The notes beneath the pieces are model-generated. The model was not told the origin of the DNA, did not search any database, and saw only the letters and a list, made by a program, of their open reading frames with translations. Source: Eubacteriales bacterium (GTDB taxonomy: Bacteria > Bacillota > Clostridia > Oscillospirales > SIG627). Taken from it: a stretch of DNA of 64,000 nucleotides. The translations under genes were made by a program, and so were the position numbers. The stretch is taken from the NCBI GenBank assembly GCA_045602025.1, contig JAZSAT010000023.1, positions 21,898 through 85,897 on the forward strand. The letters run 5' to 3'. Shown here piece by piece: positions 62,877 to 64,000 of this stretch (the first letter of the stretch is position 1; each line of letters begins with the position of its first letter).

Positions 62877-64000
62877 ATGAAACAACTTTTGAAGAAATCA
62901 ACGGCCTTCCTCTTGGCACTCTTGCTCACCTTCGCGGCTTTCCCCTTTAACCTGGTGGAAATGCCCGCATTTGCTGTGGAAGAGGTCAGCGGCACCACAG
63001 GTGATTGTACCTGGAGCCTTTCCGGTACTGTGCTCACCATTTCCGGTAACGGAGCAATGGGTGCTTATTCCTCGTCGGTACTTCCCGAATGGGGAACCGA
63101 TATTACCGAAGTCGTCATAGAAGAGGGCGTTACCACCGTTGGCGCGTATGCCTTCAAGAACTGCACTTCGCTTGCCTCTGTCACCATCCCTGACAGCGTT
63201 ACCACCATTGGCAATGAAGCCTTCCGCGGCTGTACAGCTCTTTCTTCTCTTACGCTTGGTAACAGCGTGAAATTGATCAACTACGCCGCCTTCAGAGATT
63301 GTACGGGCCTTGTTGATGTTGTACTTCCCTTGTCAGCAACCACCGTAGGTACCGATGCCTTCCGTGGCTGCAGTGCCCTTTCTACCGTGTGGTACGAAGG
63401 AACCGCGGAGCAGAAGGATAAAATTACAGTAAAAACTGATAATTCCCCCCTTACCTCCGCTAATTGGCATTGTAATTCCTGCTTGGAAAACCCCGGTGAA
63501 GAGAAAGTCCATGTTTCCGCAAGCTGTTTGGAAACCCAGTGCAAATACTGCGGAGGAATTTGCGAAACCGTAGTGCACCTTTATGACAACGCTTGCGATG
63601 CCGAATGTAATACCTGCGGCGAGGCGCGCACCCCCGCAGACCATACCTACGACAACGCCTGCGATTCTGATTGTAATGAATGCGGCGCAGTCCGCATCCC
63701 CTCCGCCCATGTTTACGATAACACCTCCGACGGAAACTGTAATGTTTGCGGCTATGCCCGCACCATTACCGGCACCGCAAATGAGTGCACCTGGACGCTC
63801 GTCGGCACCGTCCTTACCATCTCCGGCAAAGGGGATATGCCGAGTTATTCTTGCAACTACAACTATTCAATGGGAAAATATGTAACAACGGCTCCTTGGG
63901 GTGCTTCTGTTACAAAAGTTACCGTCGAGAGTGGTGTAACTTCTATCGGCTCTTATGCTTTTTGTGGTTGCTCTTCCCTAACGGAGATTACCATTCTTAA
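62877..64000 (+). CDS. Secreted BspA-type LRR protein with HxYDNxCDxxCNxCG Cys-modules (5' part; continues past the right edge)
   Basis: This is my own translation from ATG 62877, which follows a ggagg SD. It reads MKQLLKKSTAFLLALLLTFAAFPF...CTWSLSGTVLTISGNGAM...IPDSVTTIGNEAFRGCTAL... A later segment reads HLYDNACDAECNTCGEAR..HTYDNACDSDCNECGAVR..HVYDNTSDGNCNVCGYAR, followed by a second CTWTLVGTVLTISGKGDM cassette. The frame is open to 64000. Confidence 0.85.
   Translation, partial: MKQLLKKSTAFLLALLLTFAAFPFNLVEMPAFAVEEVSGTTGDCTWSLSGTVLTISGNGAMGAYSSSVLPEWGTDITEVVIEEGVTTVGAYAFKNCTSLASVTIPDSVTTIGNEAFRGCTALSSLTLGNSVKLINYAAFRDCTGLVDVVLPLSATTVGTDAFRGCSALSTVWYEGTAEQKDKITVKTDNSPLTSANWHCNSCLENPGEEKVHVSASCLETQCKYCGGICETVVHLYDNACDAECNTCGEARTPADHTYDNACDSDCNECGAVRIPSAHVYDNTSDGNCNVCGYARTITGTANECTWTLVGTVLTISGKGDMPSYSCNYNYSMGKYVTTAPWGASVTKVTVESGVTSIGSYAFCGCSSLTEITIL

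Noticed and set aside
62538-62885. A 116-codon N-terminal extension of spoIIIAA shown in the ORF track.
   Set aside because: The extension is AT-rich and low-complexity, and it runs through the divergent promoter region and the start of the plus-strand LRR gene. ATG 62537 has a canonical aaggag SD and gives the usual ~300-aa SpoIIIAA.

Overview
This is a 64-kb chromosomal window from a low-GC, endospore-forming Firmicute of class Clostridia. A complete spoIIIAA-AH operon, cwlD and whiA together with cohesin/dockerin modules suggest a Ruminococcus/Oscillospiraceae-like organism; that assignment is inference only. About two thirds of the window is ordinary housekeeping. This part includes hflX (partial), rpmE, gpmI, rsmE, ftsEX with an S41 protease and a coiled-coil M23 peptidase, greA, lysS, and an ABC-2 exporter. 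It also includes mgtC, rubrerythrin, hprK-glcK-murB-whiA, tmcAL, a five-gene tRNA operon (Phe-Gly-Val-Asp-Thr), a dGTPase-like HD protein, an MBL hydrolase and spoIIIA. No rRNA, CRISPR array, IS element or intact prophage was seen. The unusual content is cell-surface and envelope related, in seven groups. (1) Three tandem paralogous secreted proteins (2295-6917), followed by a tyrosine recombinase and a 26-codon hydrophobic micro-ORF. (2) A dockerin-tagged glucosaminidase immediately followed by a membrane-anchored cohesin protein (37516-41164). (3) An accessory stretch downstream of the tRNA operon. It holds an XRE repressor with operator palindromes and a 64-aa two-TM peptide, a short BclA-like collagen gene, a Wzy_C/TPR membrane protein and a lone-transpeptidase lipoprotein. 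It ends with a 1858-aa protein that carries PPC-like, novel-repeat, BspA-type LRR, Cys-module, cohesin and dockerin regions. (4) A recurring extracellular Cys-module shared by four proteins in the window. (5) A LiaF-like / DUF4097 / YdbS / YdbT / ABC cluster with no sensor kinase. (6) A DUF5685 / Cys-tailed J-protein / membrane-protein triad, and an 18-codon micro-ORF translationally coupled to a RimJ/L-type GNAT. (7) A structured, terminator-containing leader in front of a second LRR/Cys-module surface gene. All calls come from reading the sequence and recalling protein families. No database search was run.
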